Source: a bacterium
GTDB taxonomy: Bacteria; UBA8248
Reading direction: 5' to 3'
Length of the DNA stretch: 64,000 nt
Assembly: GCA_963692865.2 (NCBI GenBank)
Contig: OY843592.1
Coordinates: 3,456,001-3,520,000, forward strand
Shown here: positions 10,531 through 19,666 of the stretch, piece after piece
How the letters are laid out: every line of letters starts with the position of its first letter
Position numbering within the stretch: position 1 is the stretch's first letter
Notes under the pieces: model-generated
Databases searched by the model: none
What the model was told of the DNA's origin: nothing
Seen by the model: only the letters and a program-made list of their open reading frames with translations
Program-made: the position numbers and the translations under genes

Positions 10531-10855
10531 CAACGTGACATCGCCGTCCCTACCGCCACAGTCGCCGACAACCCGGCACCGAAAGCCTCACCGCTCGATA
10601 CGCATCCGTCTGCCTATGCCTCCTCCATCCGAAACCCGGACCGGGGGCGTGTACGTCTGGCGCCCGGTCCCGTCTATCTCCGGTTCGACTCGGCGGGGGC
10701 CGTGGCCGTTCACGCTCCGTGGACGGCCCTCACCGGACGTGATCCTCCCAGGGGAGAGGCAGAGCGAAGCGGGGAGCCGGGCAAAGGCCCGGCAGGGGAG
10801 AGGGAGACGGTCTCCCGGTCCCGCCGCCGGCGACAACCCGATAGGAGGCTTGGCC

Positions 10856-10978
10856 ATGTACGAGAACGACTTCGACGTCGACGTTCCCACCGCAGATGAG
10901 TTGCTCGCAGAACTCGGACTCGACGCGTACACGATCCGCAAACTGCGCGCCGAGGCGGAGGAGTTCTGCAGCGTTTAG
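10856..10978 (+). CDS. Small acidic hypothetical protein (40 aa)
   Basis: AGGAGG RBS before ATG 10856; immediately upstream of ssb. Confidence 0.55.
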   Translation: MYENDFDVDVPTADELLAELGLDAYTIRKLRAEAEEFCSV

Positions 10979-11054
10979 GTCGAACCGGGGGGCGGGGAGA
11001 GAGGCTCTCTCCCTCCCGTCAGTTTTTCACACTCTCACCATAAGGAGAATCATC

Positions 11055-11501
11055 ATGGCATTCGGACTCAACAGGGCGGAACTGATTGGGCGTCTCGGCG
11101 CCGACGTCACCATCAACCATCTCGCGAGCGGCGGTCGTGTCGCCAACCTCTCGATCGCCACCGACGAGGGCTACGTCGACAAGCAGAGCGGCGACCGGGT
11201 GGAGAAGACCGAGTGGCACCGGGTCGTTACCTTCCAGCCCGGGCTGGTGGACATGTTTGAGAAGCACGCGAAGAAAGGCCGCCTGGTCTACGTGGCGGGC
11301 AAGCTCCAGACCAGGCGCTGGAAGAAGGACGAGGAGGATTCGGATCGGTTCTCGACCGAGATACTCATCGCGCCTGGCGGGCGCGTGCAGTTCCTCGACA
11401 AGGTGAACGGGAACGGCAATGGGAACGGTAACGGCGCGCACGCCGAGACGGCGGACGTGGTGGCCACCTCCGGCGTAGCGGGCGAAGACATTCCGTTCTA
11501 G
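11055..11501 (+). CDS. ssb: Single-stranded DNA-binding protein
   Basis: 'LNRAELIGRLGAD', 'TEWHRVV', 'KGRLVYVAGKLQTR', C-terminal DIPF; TAAGGAG RBS. Confidence 0.95.
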   Translation: MAFGLNRAELIGRLGADVTINHLASGGRVANLSIATDEGYVDKQSGDRVEKTEWHRVVTFQPGLVDMFEKHAKKGRLVYVAGKLQTRRWKKDEEDSDRFSTEILIAPGGRVQFLDKVNGNGNGNGNGAHAETADVVATSGVAGEDIPF

Positions 11502-11509
11502 GCTCACCA

Positions 11510-11542
11510 GGGGCCGGCGCTGCGGCGTCGGTCCCTTTTTTT
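11510..11542 (+). terminator. Intrinsic terminator after ssb
   Basis: GGGGCCGGCGC-TGCG-GCGTCGGTCCC plus T-tract. Confidence 0.7.
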
Positions 11543-11837
11543 GTTCGTTGTCCCGAGGAAGTCCGCCCGTCCGGCCCCTCTCGTCTACAGGGAGCTTCCG
11601 GTAAATCTCCGGTTCCGTGAACGATGAACCGTGTTCACGGAAGATCGGCTTGCGCCCGCAATCATTCCAATATTCAGGAGAGTGGCTCGATCTACCCCCC
11701 GCTGCGGGAATTTCGGGCCGGAAAAGACGGCCCGAAATGACCCTTTCCGCAGCATGAGAGATTGTTTCCCGATGAGCTTCGCCTTCATCGTGAAACCCAA
11801 AGGCTCTTGTGTCCCGGTGGCGGTACTGATGTCTCTC

Positions 11838-12068
11838 TCTTAGCGTCCTCATTTTAGCACGAACGCCGGGCGAATAAAGGGTGGCCGCGAGCGGCCATCA
11901 TTTTCCGGTACCCCCCAAAAAACGCCGAGCGGCAAAAAACAGGAGCGCCGCTCTATGAGGCGTGTTTTTCGGGAACCCCCCGGAAAATGACAAGCCCTTG
12001 ATTCGCCCGCCTACGGGCATCGGCAACATCGCCCGATGCCCTTACGTGCTGAAAATGGGGCGCTAAGA
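11838..12068. promoter_or_regulatory. ~230-nt nested hairpin, Frpo-like single-stranded promoter candidate
   Basis: TCTTAGCGTCCTCATTTTAGCACG / CGTGCTGAAAATGGGGCGCTAAGA outer arms; inner CGGGCGAATAAAGGG/CCCTTGATTCGCCCG and TCATTTTCCGG/CCGGAAAATGA. Confidence 0.6.
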
Positions 12069-12103
12069 AGCATATCCGTTAACTCTCTACGAAGGAGAAA
12101 GGC

Positions 12104-12475
12104 ATGGATACCACCGTGGTAAACCTGAACGACTATGTCGAGGAACAAGGCAGCGGCTTCCTGGTGAGGATCGACCGCATGACCAAGTGGGGAAATCCCT
12201 TCCGCATCGGCCCCGACGGCGAGCGCGCCGACGTCATCGAGAAATACCGGCGTTGGCTGTGGGAAAAAATCCAGCGCGAGGAGGTGAACCTCTACGAACT
12301 CGCCGACCTTCACGGCTGCGAACTCGGCTGCCACTGCCATCCCCTCCCGTGTCACGGCGACGTCCTCGCGCGCGCCGCCGAATGGGCGGCCAAATATCTC
12401 GACGAGATGCCCAAAGAAGTGAAGCGGGACGATTTCGGCTACGCTCTTCCCGAATTCAACCATCCCCTCGCTTGA
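12104..12475 (+). CDS. DUF4326 domain protein
   Basis: 'IDRMTKWGNPF...VIEKYRRWL...LGCHCHPLPCHGDVL' signature; AAGGAG RBS. Confidence 0.85.
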   Translation: MDTTVVNLNDYVEEQGSGFLVRIDRMTKWGNPFRIGPDGERADVIEKYRRWLWEKIQREEVNLYELADLHGCELGCHCHPLPCHGDVLARAAEWAAKYLDEMPKEVKRDDFGYALPEFNHPLA

Positions 12476-12496
12476 GGACAACGAAAGGAGTGAACG

Positions 12497-13456
12497 ATGA
12501 CTGCCACCGCAACGCACAACCACAAGGAGATGATCATGAACGAGTACGCGGAACACGACGCCCAGAACGAATCCTTCACCGCCATGGTCTGCGAGCAGGC
12601 CGCCCTGTTCGGCGCGACGCCCGGGCCGGACGAGTTCGACAACCGCCCCGTGTGGGACGAGGGCGAGGCCACCGCCGCCGTCATCAGGGCCTTCCACCTG
12701 CTGGCCGAAGCAGCGCCCGACGGCACCCAGCTGGCGGATGAGCGGGCGAGCCTCCTGTGGGGCTTCGTCAACACCCTGGACGCGCAGACACAGCGCCTCG
12801 ACCGCGCCGCCGACAAACTCATCCCCGGGGTCCGCGAACTCCAGCGCGAGCAGGACGGCTCCGAAATCAGATCCCGTGAACTCGAACTCGCGACCGACAG
12901 GGCCAACAACCTCACGGAACGCAGGGACGCCTTCGAGCAGCTCAGGGACGCCGCCGCAGAGGCCTACCGCACCGAGACCGGAGAGGTATGGAGGCCGAGG
13001 CGCGGATCACACGTCAGCCAGACCGGCAAGCTCACTTCCGCCGTCATCGAGGCGCGCGACTTCCAAAGGGCGAAAAAGGACCGCGAGAACACGGCCCACC
13101 TCCCGCAGGGAACGCTCGTCGCCGTCGCGGGCGGCAAGGAGGCGAACGACGCGGGAAAAATCATCGCGCATCTCGACAAGGTCAAGGCCAAGTACGCCGA
13201 CGTCGTTCTCGTCCACGGCGGCGGTCCGGGTGCGGAGAAGATCGCGGCAGGATGGGCCGAGCGAAACGGCGTCCACCAGATCGTCTGCAAGCCCGACTGG
13301 GACGCGCACGGCAGGGCCGCTCCCTTCCGCCGCAATGACGAGCTCTTGAGCCTGCTCCCCAAGGGCGTGGTCGCGTTCCCGGGTTCTGGCATCACGGACA
13401 ACCTCGTCGACAAGGCCCGAAGCCTTGGCATCCCCGTCCAGAAAATCGCCGCCTGA
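12497..13456 (+). CDS. DUF2493 / SLOG-family protein
   Basis: 'VLVHGGGPGAEKIAAGWA', 'PDWDAHGRAAPFRRN', 'AFPGSGITDNLVDKARSLGIPV'. Confidence 0.85.
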   Translation: MTATATHNHKEMIMNEYAEHDAQNESFTAMVCEQAALFGATPGPDEFDNRPVWDEGEATAAVIRAFHLLAEAAPDGTQLADERASLLWGFVNTLDAQTQRLDRAADKLIPGVRELQREQDGSEIRSRELELATDRANNLTERRDAFEQLRDAAAEAYRTETGEVWRPRRGSHVSQTGKLTSAVIEARDFQRAKKDRENTAHLPQGTLVAVAGGKEANDAGKIIAHLDKVKAKYADVVLVHGGGPGAEKIAAGWAERNGVHQIVCKPDWDAHGRAAPFRRNDELLSLLPKGVVAFPGSGITDNLVDKARSLGIPVQKIAA

Positions 13457-13775
13457 CGTGAACGCTCACGGGTCGCGTCGCCACCCCCGGCGGCGCGGCC
13501 CTTCTTCACGCCTTCGTCCACTCCTCCCCGCATCGTTCCACTCGCTTCTTCCCGCTCACTCGCCGCGGCGGCTCCCGCTCACAATTCTCGCCGGCGAAAA
13601 TTCCCCCGTCGTTCGTTCCCACGGATTCGGCAATCTGACGCCCTTCGGCGGCTCGGGTTCTACACCGGACGCATCGCCGATGCGGGTGTCGTGGGGACTG
13701 CGAATGTCCTCGTTCCCCTGCGCCCCGCCTTTATGGATCATCCCCCCGCGCATCCCCGTCGCGTCGGGAAAAGTA

Positions 13776-13930
13776 ATACCAATCTGGTGGCATGCGAACT
13801 CTTTGAAATCCCTGCATTTAAGAGCGGCGTATGCTCTTTGTAATACGGTGTAACTCGGGGTGTTTCCTGCAGATACCAAATTGGTGGCGCTCAGTCCTGC
13901 GCTGCGCTATGATGAATACCGATTTGGTAT
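13776..13930. repeat. Three ATACC-N4-TGGT motifs (candidate RHH binding sites / oriT region)
   Basis: ATACCAATCTGGTGGC (13776), ATACCAAATTGGTGGC (13873), ATACCGATTTGGTAT (13916). Confidence 0.55.
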
Positions 13931-14063
13931 CGCTGGATTCCGGCATCGATTCGAGACCTTCCCAGTTCGCGACGAGTGTATTCGGCACAAAGAAAACCGG
14001 AATTTTCCGATCGTTTTGGATCGGAATCGATGAAAACCCTCACAAAAAGGAGCGGCAAAACGA

Positions 14064-14378
14064 ATGGTGCAGACGGCACAGAAGAACATCCGTTTCACAT
14101 CCGAACAGTGGAAACGCGTCGAAAAAGAGGCGCGAGAGCGGGGAATTTCGCCGAACCGGCTCGTGGTCGAGCTCACTATGGAGGGCCTGGAGCACCAAGA
14201 ATGGCCCCGCACGGAGACGGAAATCCACTTGCTTCGCTCCGCTATGTTCACCGCTCAGGCAATCATTCGCGACATGGAACGAGACGGAAGAGAGAAGGAA
14301 ATTGACCTAATCAGCCAAAATATTTCCGAAATCGCGCCCGAATTGCCTAGAAAATTGGCGAAGGGACAGAGTGATTAG
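14064..14378 (+). CDS. Ribbon-helix-helix (CopG/MobC-like) DNA-binding protein
   Basis: 'QKNIRFTSEQWKRVEKEARERGISPNRLVVEL' RHH pattern; AAGGAG RBS. Confidence 0.65.
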   Translation: MVQTAQKNIRFTSEQWKRVEKEARERGISPNRLVVELTMEGLEHQEWPRTETEIHLLRSAMFTAQAIIRDMERDGREKEIDLISQNISEIAPELPRKLAKGQSD

Positions 14379-14462
14379 ATTGAGTAGTGGTGCATAAAAT
14401 TGAGCGATTGACCGCAAGTTTGGTTTTATGGGTGACGTCTAGTTGTAGTTGTATTTCAAACT

Positions 14463-15344
14463 CTACCTTAAACCGGAAACTTTAACGGCTCCTAGAGCAT
14501 GATCATGCTTTCGACCAGATTCGAATCCCGTAAATCCTGGACGACGCAAGGTATTTCTTGTCGGATCATAATAAACACTCACAATTCCAGTAATAAGAAA
14601 TTGAAGTGCTAAATGTTCTTCGTTCTTACCATAGGTATGCCCAACGAACTTGGCTTCTTCAGGTGTACTTTTGGGTTCAGGGCGCTTTTTAAAGACGCTT
14701 CCACAATTGTTTATTACTCCGATAAACCCGATAACTTCGTCAAAGAGAGGTGCCGGAGAAGTAGGATATGCTGATGAAACCTTCTTGAAAACTGTTTTGG
14801 GCATATTCCTGGTGGAGTAGTTTTTCTGATAATCCATTCCGATGATCGCCAGATACGGACCACGCCTCGATTGCCCCTTGACATCAAGGCTCCTGCAAAG
14901 CTCCGCCGCTTTCCGGAGCGATTTGCACTCCGCATCGATATCCTTTGGTCGTAAAGTTTTCTTAACAGAAACTATGCCTACTACGCTTTCAGGTGGCACA
15001 ATCACGGCATCGACGAAGCGTTGAAAAACCGGATAACGAGCAGAATCGTACACGATGATATCTAGTTGGGTTGAATGTTCGTCTCGGTGACTTTTACGCT
15101 CCCGTCCATTTACACCGGTCTTCACAGCAGGACGAAGAATAAACCCCGAACTTACGGCCAAATCACCAGGCAGGAATTTATCTAAACAAGCCCGAACAAG
15201 CGACTCAACAAATCGACCATCCTCGCCGGGATGCCCAGCACCTTTTTGGTTTTGGGCGGGCACGAGCGTCTCGAATTGCCGATATGTAGCAAGCAGAGCA
15301 TTCACCTCTCGGGATAAATGTCCTCGAACTCTCACTCCATCCAC
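14463..15344 (-). CDS. DUF6602-like PD-(D/E)XK nuclease-fold protein
   Basis: 'HPGEDGRFVESLVR...FLP...SSGFI...STQLDIIVYD...VPPESVVGIVSVKK'; GAAGGAG RBS before GTG 15344. Confidence 0.65.
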   Translation of the reverse strand: MDGVRVRGHLSREVNALLATYRQFETLVPAQNQKGAGHPGEDGRFVESLVRACLDKFLPGDLAVSSGFILRPAVKTGVNGRERKSHRDEHSTQLDIIVYDSARYPVFQRFVDAVIVPPESVVGIVSVKKTLRPKDIDAECKSLRKAAELCRSLDVKGQSRRGPYLAIIGMDYQKNYSTRNMPKTVFKKVSSAYPTSPAPLFDEVIGFIGVINNCGSVFKKRPEPKSTPEEAKFVGHTYGKNEEHLALQFLITGIVSVYYDPTRNTLRRPGFTGFESGRKHDHALGAVKVSGLR

Positions 15345-15774
15345 CTGAATCTCCTTCTTCCCAGCCAATTTAAATGATGGGCAGACCCAGCCCTGAGTGA
15401 GCTGACAATTCTTCCATTTTTCCAGGGCCGTTTTAGCATATGGGAACCACTCTGCCGAGGTTTACAGATACAGGGCAAGATTCTGCGAAGTCTCAATTGT
15501 AAGTGGCCAGACATTAGTTAAACAGTTCGCTTTCGCCATAACAACTAAAAACGTGCAAACAAAACCCCCAGCATTTCTCGCCTGAAAAACCACTTAAAAA
15601 TACAGCGCATTTTAATCAGGTGTCGTTCTATGCGGAAGGGCGATCTTGATGAGGCGTTTGGTGGTCAATTGTTTCCCTAAAAGTTAGGACCAAGCATACG
15701 GTAAGACGTAATTAGGTATCCAAATAGGCCAAGAGGTGCATAACCTAGATTATAAAATCATCCATTCACGATAA

Positions 15775-16926
15775 TCACTGCGAAGCGTTTGCAGATATAT
15801 GCAAGGCATCAAATTGCGCCATCTCCCAAGCTTGATAGTCTTCCGTTGCTCGCCAAAATTCTTGCCAAGCGGAATTGAGAAGACTGGTGATAGGATTTAA
15901 CGCATCCGGTTTTGCTGTTACCAAACCGGCTCCCACGATACCTTCCTGTGCCGCCGTAACGATTTTGGACAGCAGATGATCCGGGTAAGCTTGACGATAT
16001 TCAGCCATTGGACGGTAGCCCATAACCCCAACAAAATCCTGCCAAGCCTGTTCAATCAGCTTCATTTCCGTATCGAAGCCGGTTATCGCCAGCATCATTA
16101 GCACCGTGCGCATTCTTGCATCATCTGCCGGGTGAGTTGACACGGACACTATAGGTGTTTCAAAGGGGTTGCCGCCACGTTTGACGCAAAGGTGATAGTG
16201 CGACCAAACAAATGCTGGGCCCACCATCAGCACGCCGAACAGGTCACAGAAAAATTCTTGCATCCAGAATTTGTCCCAACAAGTGCGCCATAGCTGAAGT
16301 TGGTAGAAAATACCCTCCGGCTTCCGCACACGTTCGGCAGATATGATTTCATTGCGGAAATGCCTTACCATTTCGAACCGGCTTCGCTTGTAGGCTGCAT
16401 GATACGATTCAAGCTTCGGAAGATTGGAATTTTGTTTCTGATGAAATGGATGACAGAGTTCGTGATAAATATCGGGAAGGTGAAGGAAGAACCGGCTCTC
16501 CATCAACGGTAAGCAAAGGAGATTGAATTCTCGATAGATATGAAAATAGTTTTGAGATGTATGGCTGACGACTGGAGGAATCAGGGGATAGTTGATTTCA
16601 CTGCAGATATTCGTGATCAAGCAGTTGAGAAAGTCATCATCTTGACTCACTCTGCTGAGGGCGTAAGCTCCAATGTTTTCAACAGTTTCGATTTGTTCCA
16701 CAATACGTTTGAACCCTCTCACTCGTAGAGGAGATTGAAGCGTTATATCGACTACTGTCTCCTGAGCGAGGTGCTGAAGAGCTGCCTGTGCAGCGTCGAG
16801 ACGAGTCAAACAAATTTGTCGCAAGCCGTCATATTCGCGGCGATATGGTTCTTGTACGATTTGTCGCAGTTGTCGTATCCGCTCCAGGGATTGTCCGATC
16901 GAGCCAATGAGATAGGTTTCGATCAT
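15775..16926 (-). CDS. Soluble HExxH zinc metallopeptidase (gluzincin; M48/Lit-like motif order)
   Basis: HELCH, downstream EFFCD, then THP; TGATG overlap with upstream gene; 383 aa. Confidence 0.65.
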   Translation of the reverse strand: MIETYLIGSIGQSLERIRQLRQIVQEPYRREYDGLRQICLTRLDAAQAALQHLAQETVVDITLQSPLRVRGFKRIVEQIETVENIGAYALSRVSQDDDFLNCLITNICSEINYPLIPPVVSHTSQNYFHIYREFNLLCLPLMESRFFLHLPDIYHELCHPFHQKQNSNLPKLESYHAAYKRSRFEMVRHFRNEIISAERVRKPEGIFYQLQLWRTCWDKFWMQEFFCDLFGVLMVGPAFVWSHYHLCVKRGGNPFETPIVSVSTHPADDARMRTVLMMLAITGFDTEMKLIEQAWQDFVGVMGYRPMAEYRQAYPDHLLSKIVTAAQEGIVGAGLVTAKPDALNPITSLLNSAWQEFWRATEDYQAWEMAQFDALHISANASQ

Positions 16927-17291
16927 CAACGCCTCCAGAGTCGGCGGGCAACCTTCACTCGTTCCTGTTCTAATCCTTGGGCGAGTTCCTCAAGCTGATG
17001 TATGTACGCTTGGTCCACCTCACCGTTCCGAAGTCGTTCACCTAGTTGTTTCAAGTTAGCTAAAGACTCACCCGTACTTGTCCTAAGCAGACTGTCTAGA
17101 GTTAATGCTTCGAGGCACTGAGACTTTAGCCCTTGATCACTCGCGTCGATAAAAAGCTGAGCCAGTTTCTTCTGATCCGGATCGGTCGGATCGGCCTCTC
17201 CCCGTCCCAGCCGTTCAATTACTCTGTCTATCAGAGCGCCGTATTCCTCGACATCGGCGTATACGCCAGTCAGTAAACTCAAATCGCTCAT
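16926..17291 (-). CDS. Small predicted all-helical hypothetical protein (121 aa)
   Basis: ATGA overlap with pAgo stop; CAGGAG RBS; Leu/Glu/Gln-rich. Confidence 0.75.
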   Translation of the reverse strand: MSDLSLLTGVYADVEEYGALIDRVIERLGRGEADPTDPDQKKLAQLFIDASDQGLKSQCLEALTLDSLLRTSTGESLANLKQLGERLRNGEVDQAYIHQLEELAQGLEQERVKVARRLWRR

Positions 17292-19666
17292 ATTGTGCTC
17301 TCCTGATGTTTGTCGTCGGGTTCAAATTCGATGGCGTCTTGATCGTATTCCACGGCTTCATCGAACAGGCTGCGATCGCAAAGTTTGACCGAAATTGGTA
17401 GACGCATCGCACCTTCCGGCCGGGTCCAAGTCAGACAACTGAGTGAAAAAACATCTGATAGGCATTGTTCCATCGACATAGCGCCAGCCGCCCGGCGGAT
17501 ATGTAGAGGGTTGGATGTGCCTGGAATTTGGAAGGGACGCCCAGTGGTGCAGACGTAGCCTTCGTTTGGAGCGGTAAGTGTCCAATGACCGACCATCGGA
17601 TTTTCGACCCAGAGCCCTTGCCCGTTTCTTGATGGTTTCACATCGAATAGCCGAAGCGGCACAGGTGCGGACTTGGATATCTCGACAACCGTGAGGTGCC
17701 AATCCTTTTCGAGATAACCGTCTTTTGCAAGACGTTCGCATGCCTCATTGAGACCTTCGACTTCCGCCGGCCAAGCGCGTCCATCTCGATGGACGACAAT
17801 CTGTTTCGGGCGTCGCTTGAAATTGGGTCCTTCCTTACACATGAGATCAATCACGAATTTTTCAACTTGGGTTTTAAGTAATTGCTCCTTCTGACGCGAT
17901 GGGCTCATGGTAAATCTGATAATCTTTCCACCATCGGCAATCAGAGTGAAGGCTGCGGTGTTATTCTTGACGTCAATCCCGATCACCACCTCCGCATATA
18001 ATGGTTTATCCAGGATGAACGGCCATTTCCCATTGGTGAGTAGAATCTTATTGAGCGCGACATTGCGTAGATAACCGGAGAAACGCTTGCGCTGGGTATC
18101 CTTTACGACGTAACGAGTCTCGCCCTTTCGCGTCACGCTCGTGTAGGTTTTCTTTGCCATATCCGTGTGGATTACAGCTGCGTTGAGTCCGAACTGAAGT
18201 GGAAACTCCTTCACCGTCCATGCTGCCAATTGATCGGCCGACCTTGGGCGACGCTCATAGCGGTGTACCATCACAAGCGCATATCCCGGTTTGACGTGGG
18301 TTGCGCATTCTACAGCCTTTTGAATCGCACGGGACTGTCCAACAAAATCCCGGCGATGATTGAGGTCGTCATAAGGAATCACTATAGGATCGTAGCTCCC
18401 GCCTTTGGGATAGAGGTCATCCACGTGCGATTTGAGGTCCATGAGAAACTGTGAACCATAGCTATTCATAACACTCTTGGGCAGCACGAGATATTGCCGA
18501 TCAAGGAGACTCTGCTCAAAAAACCCCGCATCTTTATCTTTCAAGAGACTCAATCTTCTTCGTCCATAATCTTTGAAGGCAACCGGCGCAATGCGCTGGT
18601 TCTTTTCAAACGACAGTGTCACGTCGTTGCCGAACCGCAGGGCGGGCAAAGAGAACGGCTTCGTTCTTGTCCGCCCCATCCGATCCGAAACCGAGAGAGT
18701 GACGTCACCGACCGGCACCTGACTTAGAAACATTTTAACGAGGCGCTTAATCTGACGGTGTCGACTATTGGGATCGATAACGGTCTTGGATTGATACTTA
18801 GCTCCCTCTTGGCCATGTGTGTCTTCAACTAGATAGCAAAGCTCTGCCGGGGCTGATCGTTGCTCCGGCCCATTGGTTCTATAGTAAATTGCGGCACCGT
18901 CCGGTGAGAGGTTCGCAATCGAGGCCGGCACGGGTTTCGGAGACTTTGTTTGCAGATAGTCCATCAAACTGACTGGTTTTCCTTCAAGTGGAATCGAAGG
19001 TTCGTTGACCCTCATATCAGCGAGCCCGGTGAGAGTGACCTCGAACCAACTATGACCCATTTTGTAGACGCATGAGCGGCCTTTTAGTTTGTTGATCTGT
19101 TCGCGCGTAGAGGAAACTGGGAGCGGCGATCTTGAGACAAGTTTCCGGCGAAGATCGACGTTGAGTCCGAACCCACCTTCCGGGTGTGTCATGACGCGTA
19201 TGGCGAAGCCCCCATAGAGGTCGACTACGCCGAATTGTTGCTCCGGTTTCTTGAAGAAAAATGGCTTACCTGCACCGGGCTGCCAGAGGCGCGAATCCTG
19301 AAAGAGCGGATCCTGAAAGATGAACTGGAGAAAACGCAGTCGAACAGGATCAAGTTCCGAGCGGTCTGGGCTGAAATCAAGCTCGACTTCATTTCCAGTG
19401 TCTTTTAATGAGGCGACGGTACCAACAAGCATGACATGATCTGGGGGGTCTCCGTAACCGGTTGGAACGACCAAAAGGGTCTCGCCCTCTATGTCCTGGG
19501 TCGTAACCGGCGCTTTCATGTTAAAGCTCAACCGGCGGACAAGCCGTTGCACATTACTATAGTATTCTGGAGTATCTCGTTGTAGACCAGCGATCTTGTA
19601 CAGTCGATATGTGGTACTTAATGCGTTTAAGCCGTCAATACGAAAGCAATTCGTTTCAATGGGCAT
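17288..19666 (-). CDS. Long prokaryotic Argonaute (N-PAZ-MID-PIWI), putatively catalytically active
   Basis: PIWI motifs VIGIDV, KEQL, IVVHRDG, VEISKS, GTSNPL, LPISVKLCD; 792 aa from ATG 19666 with GGGAGGAG RBS. Confidence 0.9.
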   Translation of the reverse strand: MPIETNCFRIDGLNALSTTYRLYKIAGLQRDTPEYYSNVQRLVRRLSFNMKAPVTTQDIEGETLLVVPTGYGDPPDHVMLVGTVASLKDTGNEVELDFSPDRSELDPVRLRFLQFIFQDPLFQDSRLWQPGAGKPFFFKKPEQQFGVVDLYGGFAIRVMTHPEGGFGLNVDLRRKLVSRSPLPVSSTREQINKLKGRSCVYKMGHSWFEVTLTGLADMRVNEPSIPLEGKPVSLMDYLQTKSPKPVPASIANLSPDGAAIYYRTNGPEQRSAPAELCYLVEDTHGQEGAKYQSKTVIDPNSRHRQIKRLVKMFLSQVPVGDVTLSVSDRMGRTRTKPFSLPALRFGNDVTLSFEKNQRIAPVAFKDYGRRRLSLLKDKDAGFFEQSLLDRQYLVLPKSVMNSYGSQFLMDLKSHVDDLYPKGGSYDPIVIPYDDLNHRRDFVGQSRAIQKAVECATHVKPGYALVMVHRYERRPRSADQLAAWTVKEFPLQFGLNAAVIHTDMAKKTYTSVTRKGETRYVVKDTQRKRFSGYLRNVALNKILLTNGKWPFILDKPLYAEVVIGIDVKNNTAAFTLIADGGKIIRFTMSPSRQKEQLLKTQVEKFVIDLMCKEGPNFKRRPKQIVVHRDGRAWPAEVEGLNEACERLAKDGYLEKDWHLTVVEISKSAPVPLRLFDVKPSRNGQGLWVENPMVGHWTLTAPNEGYVCTTGRPFQIPGTSNPLHIRRAAGAMSMEQCLSDVFSLSCLTWTRPEGAMRLPISVKLCDRSLFDEAVEYDQDAIEFEPDDKHQESTI

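Larger units (their letters stand above)
1..14378 (+). mobile_element. Backbone/leading-region module of an ICE or conjugative element (left end outside window)
   Basis: Co-oriented ParB-like, DUF2958, methyltransferase-Strawberry notch helicase, TOPRIM primase, ssb and DUF2493 genes, a set typical of proteobacterial ICE/plasmid backbones; very GC-rich; no integrase, relaxase or T4SS inside the window. Confidence 0.75.

Noticed and set aside
11406-11435. Asn-Gly repeat in ssb as a contingency locus
   Set aside because: The codons are degenerate (AACGGG/AACGGC/AATGGG/AACGGT); ordinary low-complexity SSB linker
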